The notes beneath the pieces were generated by a model that ran no database searches, was not told the DNA's origin, and worked only from the letters and a program-made list of their open reading frames with translations. Positions 34,777 to 47,007 of a stretch of 64,000 nt of DNA are shown piece by piece. Each line of letters opens with the position of its first letter. The stretch's first letter is position 1. Made by a program: the position numbers and the translations under genes. Source of the DNA: Macrostomum hystrix (Eukaryota; Animalia; Platyhelminthes); contig CATNEN010000001.1 of assembly GCA_950097015.1 (NCBI GenBank), positions 13,826,001 to 13,890,000 of the forward strand. Reading direction: 5' to 3'.

Positions 34777-36475
34777 ATGTCAGGAATTCGCGAGCTCGGT
34801 TATTACAAGGTGAGCGATGAAAGTTGCAGTCATTTTCTCACACCTATTTAGTGCACTGAAATCAGTGCACAGCCCATGTTTTCTAGGTGAAGTACAGACG
34901 ATGCAAGAAGATCCTGAATGAGGTATGGTCGATGTTCGCACCTGCAACCCAGTGTTTCGGATTTAATCTGTCATTTCTGATAACCACCTGACCAATAAAT
35001 GCATCATTCCAGACCTGCCCAATATGCCTTGAAGACTTTGCTATTAAAGAGCCAGTCACTGTGTCCCTCTGTCATCACGCCTTTCATGACAAGTTAGTGC
35101 TTCTATTTCATGTTTGTACTTTCAGTTTTGCTCAGTGATAGATATAAGCTTTGAGGATTATTAAACTATACTATATAAAGCTTATAAGAAAGTGGTTCTT
35201 GGAGTTAAGACTCTTAAATCTTAGTCAGACCGCAAAGCCGGTGTGGGCAGCTCTGGTCACAAAGGGCTTTGGTAGGGCCGTCTCACACCGTCTAATCGCA
35301 CAGCCATTGTCTATGGTCTGTCTCCTCAGCAGACGCCCATGAGATTATGACTTGTTTTCCTAGCTTATTTCTGAGTGTCTCTGCGAGGCAAATGAATGAT
35401 GACAAAGGACAAAATCGTAGTGGACAAAGTCAGGTCGACCTCTATGTCATACTGGGCGGTCCAGGGCCACTGCCGATACCGGGAAAAACTGCCGCGAATT
35501 GCGAAGCGACGGTTGGCGGTCCAGAGGTCCAATGGCGTCCGGTCCGTAGGGTGGGCCGAGCAGACGAAAAGGTGCTGCACATTCTCTGGCGCCCGAAGGC
35601 ACCGAGGACAGGTGTCGGGCACGGTGGGTTCAAGACGGCGCTGATAGGAGGCCAGGTGTCAGGCACGGTGAGGTCAAGACGGCGCTGATAGGAGGCCAGG
35701 TGTCAGGCACGGTGGGGTCAAGACGGTGCTGATAGGAGGCCAGGTGTCAGGCACGGTGGGGTCAAGACGGTGCTGATAGGAGGCCAGGTGTCAGGCACGG
35801 TGGGGTCAAGACGGTGCTGATAGGAGGCCAGGTGTCAGGCACGGTGATGTCAAGACGGTGCTGATAGGAGGCCAGGTGTCAGGCACGGTGGGGTCAAGAC
35901 GGTGCTGATAGGAGGCCAGGTGTCAGGCACGGTGGGGTCAAGACGGTGCTGATAGGAGGCCAGGTGTCAGGCACGGTGGGGTCAAGACGGTGCTGATAGG
36001 AGGCCAGGTGTCAGGCACGGTGGGGTCAAGACGGTGCTGATAGGAGGCCAGGTGTCCCGAGCGAAGCTATCAGAGGGTGACACGCATGCCCCGCTGGAGG
36101 CGGGATTCGGTCGGATGAATCGGCGGTGGCGGCTGGTCGATGACCGCGGCGTTGAAGCTAGTTGTGAACGCCGGCGGAGTGGACAGCGAGGACAAGAGGA
36201 CGGACGGGCTCAGGGAGAGGAGACTGAGGCAGGGGCTGGTGAACTCTTAATGACCTATGATGTCATAATAGGCTTTGGTGGTACAGCCAGTGTGCCAGCT
36301 CTGGTCACAATGGACTTTCCCGCGACTGTCTCACGGCATTCAGTCAAGAGTGTCAATCGCGCATTTCAGCTGCCTCGAGCCCTGGCTGCGAGAGCACAAC
36401 AAGTGCCCATTGTGCAAGTCGGACATTGGCAGCGCGAACGAGCGAACGCCCCTGACTTCGATGTCGTCTGCATGA
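34777..36475 (+). CDS. Small RING-H2 (C3H2C3) protein, RNF24/RNF122-like; join(34777..34809,34887..34922,35013..35092,36370..36475), 84 aa (5' end uncertain)
   Basis: Spliced product MSGIRELGYYKVKYRRCKKILNETCPICLEDFAIKEPVTVSLCHHAFHDNCLEPWLREHNKCPLCKSD... has all 8 zinc ligands; junctions GT-AG and phase-compatible. Confidence 0.75.
35500..36240 (-). mobile_element. 3' fragment of a LINE ORF2 inside the RING gene's last intron
   Basis: Minus-strand PPPPIHPTESRLQRGMRVTL*QLRSGHLASYQHRLDPTVPDTCPRCLRAPENVQHLFVCSAHPTDRTPLDLWT is a typical non-LTR C-terminal CCHC region; contains an internal stop. Confidence 0.75.
35618..36056. repeat. 44-bp minisatellite derived from LINE ORF2 sequence, about 10 copies
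   Basis: Unit GGCACGGTGGGGTCAAGACGGTGCTGATAGGAGGCCAGGTGTCA. Confidence 0.93.
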
Positions 36476-36847
36476 CACGTCATGAACCAATCAACCGATC
36501 AATCAATCAATCAAAAGACACTGCTCAACATTTCTCAGTCTCGGACATCAACGCAAACTTTGTCAGTTGCTTTGAAAGACACCCGGCAAAGACAGATTTT
36601 TTGCTCAGTGATTGAGCACTGCATTTTTGTGCACACACACGGTGCCATTTCAAACTTGCTAGATAAATTTACCATGAAGTATATTTTGATTCTTGTTTTT
36701 AAACAATTTCTGACCACGTGACCACATTCACATCGTTTATTGGCTAATAGCTGCCTGAAAATTTACTCTAAAATTTGAGCAAGCCATTTCACAGTTATTG
36801 AGTATTTCAGCTTTTTCTTCACGATATTTCACGACTGATGCTTGCAT

Positions 36848-37131
36848 CATGAGTTTGAGTCTCATGAGTTTGAGTCTCATGAGTTTGAGTCTCATGAGTT
36901 TGAGTCTCATGAGTTTGAGTCTCATGAGTTTGAGTCTCATGAGTTTGAGTCTCATGAGTTTGAGTCTCATGAGTTTGAGTCTCATGAGTTTGAGTCTCAT
37001 GAGTTTGAGTCTCATGAGTTTGAGTCTCATGAGTTTGAGTCTCATGAGTTTGAGTCTCATGAGTTTGAGTCTCATGAGTTTGAGTCTCATGAGTTTGAGT
37101 CTCATGAGTTTGAGTCTCATGAGTTTGAGTC
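36848..37131. repeat. 15-bp perfect minisatellite (CATGAGTTTGAGTCT)n
   Basis: About 19 copies. Confidence 0.97.
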
Positions 37132-37334
37132 AAGATCAGTTTAATAAACCAGTGATTCAGGATGGCCATGGTTAGTGTGTCTTTAAACATTTTCCTCGCA
37201 CCTTTTTACTGTTTTTTACTTCTGGAGTTGTTTTGAAACTCTTAAAATACTTTAAAGTTCCAAAAACTGACTTGAGAAACATGCTAGCCTGCTCGAAAGT
37301 TAACCAAAAGCAAGTATGAATTTTGGTCACAGCT

Positions 37335-38122
37335 CACTGACCCACACTGCACTGACCCACACTGCACTGACCCACACTGCACTGACCCACACTGCACTGA
37401 CCCGCACTGCACTGACCCACACTGCACTGACCCACACTGCACTGACCCACACTGCACTGACCCACACTGCACTGACCCACACTGCACTGACCCACACTGC
37501 ACTGACCCACACTGCACTGACCCACACTGCACTGACCCACACTGCACTGACCCACACTGCACTGACCCACACTGCACTAACCCACACTGTACTGACCCAC
37601 ACTGCACTAACCCACACTGCACTGACCCACACTGCACTGACCCACACTGCACTGACACACACTGCACTGACCCACACTGCACTGACCCACACTGCACTGA
37701 CCCACACTGCACTGACCCACACTGCACTGACCCACACTGCACTGACCCACACTGCACTGACCCACACTGCACTGACCCACACTGCACTGACCCACACTGC
37801 ACTGACCCACACTGCACTGACCCACACTGCACAGACCCACACTGCACTGACCCACACTGCACTGACCCACACTGCACAGACCCACACTGCACTGACCCAC
37901 ACTGCACTGACACACACTGTACTGACCCACACTGCACTGACCCACACTGCACAGACCCACACTGCACTGACCCACACTGCACTGACACACACTGTACTGA
38001 CCCACACTGCACTGACCCACACTGCACTGACCCACACTGCACAGACCCACACTGCACTGACCCACACTGCACTGACACACACTGTACTGACCCACACTGC
38101 ACTGACCCACACTGCACTGACC
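37335..38122. repeat. 15-bp minisatellite (CCCACACTGCACTGA)n downstream of ANK-cGLR copy B
   Basis: About 52 copies. Confidence 0.95.
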
Positions 38123-39070
38123 CCTGTAGGTGATGTATGACCAGTGTTTATTGTTCGCATTTAGTTATCATGATCAGGATTTTTCGCTCAAAACCAAATA
38201 ACACAGCAGATTCAAATATTGAACAAGATAAAATATTTAATGATTTACAGGTGAGGAACTCCTAACAGAAGAAATCAGCCATTTACAATGCTGCAATCGT
38301 CAATGACGGACACAAAAAGAACTCAGAGAGCAGAGCTGATGTTCTCACAGTTTCAGAGCATCAGCCAACTTTATCGTCAAGTTTTTAGCCAAGCCAGTGC
38401 TCAGATTGACATTTACATAAGACAGCATGCGAAATGACTCTGCAACGACTGGGGAGAGCTCGACTTTGAAGCGAAACTCAGAGCAAATCGAGTCAAGGAC
38501 GCCGCCGTTGCTGATAGTTTAATTAGCCTTTGACCGAGAGGGGCATACTTCACTTTCTTACCAACTTCAGCCGACGTCCGTTAGCTTTATATAATTCAGT
38601 TAACTTTCACTAGCTTCTTCCGTTAACTTTACGAAACCTTCTGTTAAATTCGCTAACTTAACCGTTAAATTCCGTTAACTTTCGCTAGCTTCCGTTAACT
38701 TTATTTAATTCCGTTAACTTTCGCTATCTTCGTAGCTTCATCAAACTTCTGTTAACTCCAGCTTACTTTCGTATGCTTCCGCTAAATTTCTTCGAATTCC
38801 CTCAGCTTTCTAGCCTTGCAGCAGCTGTTTTGGCTGTGGTTGCTGTTCCCTCAGCTGGAAAACAGCAAAACTGAGGAACTTGCTTCTAAAAGCTTTCTCA
38901 AGATATCATACGCTCGTAAAAGTAAAAAAGCTGGGATGAAAAGCAGAAAAATCTTACTTTAAATTTACGAAATTAAAAGTCGGTCGAATCAAAGTCCACC
39001 AACGTCAGACACCACAACCTGCTGCATTATCCAGCGATGAGCTGAAAGAAACGCCCTGCCACCTTCAGCT

Positions 39071-42000
39071 TCATGACAGGCGGTGACTTCGGCAGCTGTC
39101 TTCACTAGCTGTCATGCGGCTTCCTGCCCGTCTGCTCGACCTGCAGTCGGACAGGGCAGACTCACTCTCCGTTTCCATAGAAACTGAATGTGATTGATTT
39201 GATTTTCTCAGTCGCTTCAGCTTCTCCCTGACCCAGCGGATCTTCTCCTCATCCTGCGTCTCCATGGCGACGCGTCTCTCGTCCCTGACGGTCTCCATCT
39301 GTCGCAGGCTGAAATCCACGTGCTCAACTTGGTCGCTGTAGTGAGCCAGAGTGAGCAGCTCCTCCAAGTCCGGGTCCTCTTGCAGCTCTGAGAGCCACGC
39401 ATCGAAGTCGATTGCTGTGCGATTGCGGAGCAGCTCAGCTTGGAGACTCCAGCTCAGGCAGCGGAAGTTCACGTACAGGTGCTCAGAGCGAGGCTGTGAC
39501 AGTCTGGCTGTGAGCAGAGTCTGCGTGAACTCGGGAAGGAATGGGAATCGAGGCGGAGTGTCTGCGGGGAGGCAGAACTTCCACGCCCAGTCCGACTGGA
39601 TGGAATTCAGGTTTTTTACCTCATCTGGACTCAAGCCACGATTGACTTGCCAGTATTGCAAATCCTGAGTGATGTTTTTAGCTTCCTTGGAGTTTCCGAG
39701 TTTCAAATTTACCATAATCACCGAACACAGGGTGGCGCACCTGCACCATCGCAATGAAAGCAGGATGCTGAGCTCCCTCATCAGAGTGTCTCCATCGCAT
39801 TCTTTGAATTGCAGCTTGCTCATGCAATTGTGCATAATACTGTACACGTCAACGAACTTGAAATGTCGATCATAATAATTTGTCATTTCTCTAATCTGAG
39901 TGACAGCAGGTGGCGCTGTCAGTGGCAGCAGAGTGAACGGGTGAAAGTAGAAGTTCTCTGACTGCAGTGGTCTCACAAGTCTCCTCATCTGCTCAACCAC
40001 TCCGCCGATGTCGCTTCTCAGCTCTCTCAGTCGGTCTCGAACCATCGCCTTCGTTTTGTCGAAGTCGCCGCCGATTCCTGCGTTCTTGAAGTAGAGCGGA
40101 GCGTCGGGCATGAAGAAGTGCGGCATGCACTCATCGGGTGAGCTGCTTGAGTCGATGAAGCTCAGCATCATGTCGAGAGACTCCTTCAGCAGTGAGATCA
40201 GATTCTGAGGCTGCCAAGCTTCAGCATTCGGGTCTGTGCCATGCTTCTCCAGCATGAAGAAGAGCAGAGTCTTTGCATGGTAGGTCTTGAGTCCAGGTGT
40301 GTCCAGAGTGAGTGGCAAGTGTCTCTTGAAGATGAACTTGATGACTGAGAACAGCTCTGAGCTCATTGGTCTCATTCGGTCTGGTCGCCCTCACGAGGTG
40401 AACAGAAGTCAGCTCTGAATTAGTTTTTATCAACTGTTCAACCTGAGGCTCACAGAATGGGCTGCAGCACCGGATCGCATGGCACGTGTCCTGAGCAGGC
40501 CGCACACCGCATGCCTTGGCTGAGACGGCAGGTTGGCTGCCTGCAGCATTGATGAACGGAACTTCATAAACGTTCAACTAACAGATACACGGTGTTGTGC
40601 ATCGGACTGATTACTCACCTGACCCTACAAAGACCTGAGCATGACCCTGTGCTACCTGTAGCCTTGTTGCTAATTCACATCCAAGTTTGCGCTTGCAGCC
40701 GCCCTCTAGATGCGAACTTTGCACTTTAGCCAGCACAGTCCAGTCAATGTCTGAGTCAGCCGCTGTCCTGCCGTTCACTTGCACCAGACTGTTGGCCCAG
40801 CCCTCTGCGTAGCTGCCTGTCATCTGCCTGCCATCCTGGGCGAGGACTTGAGCGACTCCTTCCAGCCAGTCAGCCATTCTCTGCTGACACTCCGCTCTCT
40901 CCCGAGTGAATCCCGCCTTGTTGAACAGTCGGTGCAGTTCCTCACTGAGCTGCCTGTCCCGCTGAGTGTGGTCAATAAATCTGGAAAGGAAGCTAAGAAT
41001 CATTGGAAAGCCATTTAGCTGCTCATCCCTTCGTTCTAGAAACGATTCTGTTCTGGGAATCCAACGAGAAACTGGTCCATTGGTGTTTCTCATCGTGACA
41101 AACGCTGCATTAAAAAAAGAAAAAATATTTCTTACTCGTCGAGTTCCGAATTGCCACAGTTCCCTGTCTTGGCTCCCTTCTTGGCGCTGGAATTCAAATA
41201 TACGCAACAATTGCACTCGTCAAATGTAAATAGGTAATTATTCATTATTAATACAATATAAGCATCTCCAAATTCTATAGGATGTTTTTCATAATTCAAG
41301 GGCCACTACTCCATTTAGCTTCTAATTTAATAGTCCCGGTCATACGCTGTGGACCTTCATGTCTATAGTTTTTTTAACCATTTTTCTCACCTTCGGGTCT
41401 CCAGCAGCCGCAGCACCTGCTGATGTCCCAGCTGCTCCGCCACCTGCGCGCACGTCTGGCTTCGACTGTCCCGATGACTCGCATCCGCTCCTCTGTCCAT
41501 CAGGGTCTTGGCTGCTCGCACGTGACCCGCCTCACAAGCTCGCGACAGAGCTGTCCGACCCTGACTGTCTTCAGCTCGCACTGACGCACCGAGATCCACC
41601 AGCCTCTCAATGAGCTCGTGATGACCTGCATCAGCTGCCACCATGAGAGCAGTGGCTCCTGTGCCGTCTGGCAGATCGACATGTTCTTTGCTGAAGCGCT
41701 TGTCATGGAGGAGTGTGAGAGCCAGTGCGACATGGCCATGGGAGATGGAGACACCGAGCAGCTGTGTGATCTGAGCTGGCTGCATTCGAGACAGAGTCTG
41801 GCTGAGAACAGAATTTCTGCCCTCAATGGCCATCGAGGCGGTGAAGCTGATGATGTTTCCTGATTGAAGCAGCCATTCAGGCTCGATGTGAAGGAAGGCA
41901 GCCACACCTTCCTGGAGTCGAGAGCAGGCCGCAACAGCGCATTGGCGACGGAAGTGGATTAGCAAGTCAGCATTCGACACAGACTCAATTAGGAACTTGA

Positions 42001-42445
42001 GCACCTCCAACTGACCGGTCCTGGCAGCGGACTCAGCAGCCTTTCCACAACACTCATCTCTTTCAACCGTGAGGAACTCTACAAAGAATTTGACTAGCTC
42101 AAGATGACCTGATCTCGCAGCTGATCTAACAAGCTTTTTACATTGCTGATCTCTGACAGTTGGATCTGAAACTCTCAGCACAAGACATCGCGCCACTTCC
42201 AACTGACCAGACTTGACCGCTGTCTCAGCAGCCAACAGGCAGCACTGATCCTTTTCCCTATCGCCATGAATTGTCTGGAGAAGAAATTTAGCCACATCCA
42301 GATGACCATGGCAGGCTGCAACTCGCGCACTCGCCTTGCAAATAGAATTTCTCATCTCGATGCTGTCAGCTTTGCGAACATGGAGACGAACTTTCCTCAT
42401 GTTGCCTGTTCTCGCAGCTTCAGTGATGCTCATTTTCTGGCCCAT
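39071..42445 (-). pseudogene. Ankyrin + Mab-21/cGLR copy B, frameshifted; exons 42445..41391, 41186..41136, 40980..40619, 40540..39071
   Basis: Same exon structure and phases as copy A, with TGSYAEG...DSDID intact. A 59-bp deletion near 40355 removes VSFSFQEKEAMRQLSTVQGQ and shifts the frame (premature stop at 40221-40223). Confidence 0.75.
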
Positions 42446-42949
42446 GCTTGATTGCTTTGAATTTGACGAGTTGATAAAAAGTCGAAGGGAGCAAATTGTT
42501 GGGAACTTACGAATGACAGTAAGTCTGTACAGGTTTGCTTTCCGCTACAGATTTGCACGTCGATACTTTGTTGGATGGCATGTGCGCCGTTTATCTACGA
42601 TCTGCACTCGATAAGAGGTCCTTATAACCTCCTGGCTTTAACATCCTTATCACAGGATCTGTGATAATAAGCAACTGGGAATGATAAAGCGGGGCAGGAG
42701 TGCATATCAGGTATTGACTTTTAGTAGGGCCGCCGTGTGTAATCAGGCCAGTAGTGGATAAGCACGTAGGCAAATATTTGCGGTTCCACCAAGCTGGAAT
42801 CTGTAAGAACTATATATAGTTCTTCCGTATGGCAGTGTATCCGTATAGTTTTTTCACCTTATAAGTAGCTTTTCTGTCAAAAATGTTGCATGCAATGGAA
42901 TGGCACAGTCAATGACACAGTATGATACACAATAGGTTGACACACAAAC

Positions 42950-44468
42950 GGTGGTGGGTGATGGATTGATGGTGGTGGGTGATGAATTCGATGGTGGTGG
43001 GGTGATGGATTGATGGTGGTGGGTGATGAATTCGATGGTGGTGGGGTGATGGATTCGGTGGTGGTGGGGTGATGGATTCGGTGGTGGTGGGGTGATGGAT
43101 TCGATGGTGGTGGGTGATGGATTCGATGGTGGTGGGTGATGGATTCGGTGGTGGTGGGTGATGGATTCGGTGGTGGTGGGGTGATGGATTCGGTGGTGGT
43201 GGGGTGATGGATTCGGTGGTGGTGGGGTGATGGATTCGGTGGTGGTGGGGTGATGGATTCGGTGGTGGTGGGGTGATGGATTCGGTGGTGGTGGGGTGAT
43301 GGATTCGGTCGTGGTGGGGTGATGGATTCGGTGGTGGTGGGGTGATGGATTCGGTGGTGGTGGGGTGATGGATTCGGTGGTGGTGGGGTGATGGATTCGG
43401 TGGTGGTGGGGTGATGGATTCGGTCGTGGTGGGGTGATGGATTCGGTCGTGGTGGGGTGAAGGATTCGATGGTGGTGGGGTGATGGATTCGATGGTGGTG
43501 GGGTGATGGATTCGATGGTGGTGGGGTGATGGATTCGATGGTGGTGGGTGATGGATTCGATGGTGGTGGGGTGATGGATTCGATGGTGGTGGGGTGATGG
43601 GTTCGGTGGTGGTGGTGTGATGGATTCGATGGTGGTGGGGTGATGGATTCGATGGTGGTGGGTGATGGATTCGATGGTGGTGGGGTGATGGATTCGATGG
43701 TGGTGGGGTGATGGGTTCGGTGGTGGTGGTGTGATGGATTCGATGGTGGTGGGGATTCGGTGGTGGTGGGGTGATGGATTCGGTGGTGGTGGGGTGATGA
43801 ATTGATGGTGGTGGGGTGATGGATTCGGTGGTGGTGGGGTGATGGATTCGATGGTGGTGGGGTGATGGATTCGATGGTGGTGGGGTGATGGATTCGATGG
43901 TGGTGGGGTGATGGATTCGATGGTGGTGGTGTGATGGGTTCGGTGGTGGTGGGGTGATGGATTCGATGGTGGTGGGGATTCGGTGGTGGTGGGGTGATGG
44001 TTTCGGTGGTGGTGGTGTGATGGATTCGATGGTGGTGGGGATTCGGTGGTGGTGGGGTGATTTTCTCGGTGGTGGTGGGGTGATGGATTCGGTGGTGGTG
44101 GTGTGATGGATTCGATGGTGGTGGGGATTCGGTGGTGGTGGGGTGATGGATTCGATGGTGGTGGGGATTCGGTGGTGGTGGGGTGATTTTTTCGGTGGTG
44201 GTGGGGTGATGGATTCGATGGTGGTGGGGATTTGTTGGTGGTGGGGTGATGGGTTCGGTGGTGGTGGGGTGATGGATTCGATGGTGGTGGGGTGATGAAT
44301 TCGATGGTGGTGGGGTGATGGATTCGATGGTGGTGGGGTGATGGATTCGATGGTGGTGGGGTGATGGATTCGATGGTGGTGGGGTGATGGATTCGATGGT
44401 GGTGGGGTGATGGATTCGATGGTGGTGGGGTGATGGATTCGATGGTGGTGGGGTGATGGATTCGATGG
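42950..44468. repeat. G-rich satellite of about 22 bp (GGTGGTGGGGTGATGGATTCGAT/GGT)n, left arm
   Basis: Tandem repeat. Confidence 0.95.
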
Positions 44469-45966
44469 CCCGCTGAAAAAATGGGCTGCTTCTTCGGCTG
44501 CTTCTGCCCGGAAGCACCGATGCTTCCACAAAAAAGCCGCTGAATGTGGGAAGCATCGCAATTCGATGCTTCTTAACTCGGAAGCACTGGAAGGAAGCAG
44601 CCGAATGTGGGAAGCTTCATTCTTGCCTAATCTTGTCTTTTTTGAATTCGAATAGAAGTATATATTTAGACACATGCATCTATATATACGAGCTAGTTGT
44701 ATCATTAGTATGCATAGACATTGGGATATTGATTTCGATATTTATATATTAAACGTCCAGATTGAGATACATAAAGCTATGCAATATGAAATCCAGAGAC
44801 ATCCATATAATAACTGTATGATTGAAAGGTGATATATATACGTGTCTATTGTGAGTGGGATTTATTATAAAATTTGGACTTCGTAGTAAAAAATTATTCA
44901 GGTCGCTCCGTTAACAAGCTGAAGATGGAAGCCCCATGTCCGGCAAAGATAAATGTACTGAAATTGTACTGCAGAGAAATCGGTCAGCAACCTACGGAGG
45001 AGGCTCTCCAGCAGGCTTTCAAGCAGGATCGTGCAAATCTGCTGCTCACTGCAAAACCGGAGGTCTTGGCGGCTCGCCGAACCCAAACGAAAGAGTGGAA
45101 AGAGAATGCGAAGGAGTCGAATAGAGCAGGTGACAATCAGGCCAGTGGAGGGGCGAGGCATGCCAAGCAGGCGAAGAATATGAAGGAGACCAGGCAGGCG
45201 ACACAGGTAGCTTCGACGACAGCTGCGGCTGCATCCAACTGGCAGCGCGCCGCACTGTGGTCGACCACTGTGCTTTTTGCGGACACCGTCGAAGACACCG
45301 AGACCGACCAGCTGTCCGATGACCCGAAGTATGAGGTCGTCCCACCAGAACTATTATGAACACTGATCCCAGCGTGGCGCAAATTTGTAGGATTTGAGTA
45401 GCAGGACCTTCGCTGCGTATTATGAATTATTGACTAGAGATGTGGAGGGAAAGGGATATTCTAAGTTAGGGATTTAGTGTTAAAATAATATATATAGTCG
45501 CATTTTCACGATAAACATAGTAAATACATCATGGTAAAGATGCAGTCAGATTGCCACGGCAGTGATCGAAAACAATTTTGGTTCAGAAAAAAATGTGCCG
45601 CCTTTTTGTCCGCATTTTTTCTGCAATGTCTGCTGAGCTAACATGGGTTATCCAGGATCGGTCGACACTAAACCGCCTGTCTTAGAAAGAGTACATTCAT
45701 ATACATTAGTTAGTACATGTATACATACGTACGTACAATAGAAGCAACGTTTTTAGCTGCTTATAATGTTAGCTGTCTATAATGGGAAGCAGACGAGGAA
45801 GCACCGCTAAGAAAGCATCACTTCAAAACTATTCAGCCGCTTCTTCGGCCGCTTCCGCACAATTAACGGCGACAATCGCTGCTTCTTTTACACTGCCGAG
45901 ATAGGGCCCCAATTCGGCTGCTTCTGGCCAAACTGTGCGCCAAAAAGCAGCCCATTTTTTACAGGA
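44469..45966. mobile_element. Non-autonomous TIR DNA transposon (CACTA/EnSpm-like termini) inserted in the satellite; carries a 161-codon ORF (44874..45359)
   Basis: Left end CCCGCTGAAAAAATGGGCTGCTT and right end AAGCAGCCCATTTTTTACAGGA are inverted repeats. Subterminal GCTTC/GAAGC repeats; probable 2-bp GG TSD. Superfamily assignment is inferred. Confidence 0.65.
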
Positions 45967-47007
45967 GGTGGTGGGGTGATGGATTGATGGTGGTGGGTGA
46001 TGGATTCGGTGGTGTTGGGGTGACGGATTCGGTGGTGTTGGGGTGATGGATTCGGTGGTGTTGGGGTGATGGATTGATTGTGTTGGGGTGGTGGATTGAT
46101 GGTGGTGGGGTGATGGATTCGGTGGTGTTGGGGTGATGGATTCGGTGGTGTTGGGGTGATGGATTCGGTGGTGTTAGGGTGATGGATTCGGTGGTGTTGG
46201 GTGATGGATTCGGTGGTGTTGGGGTGATGGATTCGGTGGTGGTGGGGTGATGGATTCGGTGGTGGTGGGGTGATGGATTCGGTGGTGGTGGGGTGATGGG
46301 TTCGGTGGTGGTGGGGTGATGGGTTCGGTGGTGGTGGGGTGATGGATTGATTGTGTTGGGGTGATGGATTCGGTGGTGTTGGGGTGATGGATTGATTGTG
46401 ATGGGGTGATGGATTCGGTGGTGTTGGGGTGATGGATTGATTGTGATGGGGTGATGGATTCGGTGGTGTTGGGGTGATGGATTCGGTGGTGGTGGGTGAT
46501 GGATTCGGTGGTGTTGTGGTGATGGATTCGGTGGTGTTGGGGTGATGGATTGATTGTGGTGGGTGATGGATTGATTGTGTTTGGGTGATGGATTGATTGT
46601 GTTGGGGTGATGGATTGATTGTGATGGGGTGATGGATTCGGTGGTGTTGGGGTGATGGATTCGGTGGTGGTGGGTGATGGATTCGGTGGTGTTGTGGTGA
46701 TGGATTCGGTGGTGTTGGGGTGACGGATTGATGGTGGTGGGTGATGGATTGATTGTGTTTGGGTGATGGATTGATTGTGTTGGGGTGATGGATTCGGTGG
46801 TGTTGGGGTGATGGATTCGGTGGTGTTGGGGTGATGGATTCGGTGGTGGTGGGTGATGGATTCGGTGGTGTTGTGGTGATGGATTCGGTGGTGTTGGGGT
46901 GACGGATTGATGGTGGTGGGTGATGGATTGATTGTGTTTGGGTGATGGATTGATTGTGTTGGGGTGATGGATTCGGTGGTGTTGGGGTGATGGATCGATG
47001 GTGGTGG
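45967..47007. repeat. G-rich satellite of about 22 bp, right arm (GGTGTTGGGG/GATTGATTGT variants)
   Basis: Same family as 42950..44468. Confidence 0.95.

Noticed and set aside
41105-41135. 31-nt intron in cGLR copy B
   Set aside because: Using that acceptor leads to a stop; the acceptor at 40981 restores the frame homologous to copy A.
25712-42445. Bacterial CBASS/CD-NTase operon or contamination
   Set aside because: The genes have spliceosomal introns and metazoan Mab-21 motifs, and are embedded among animal genes.
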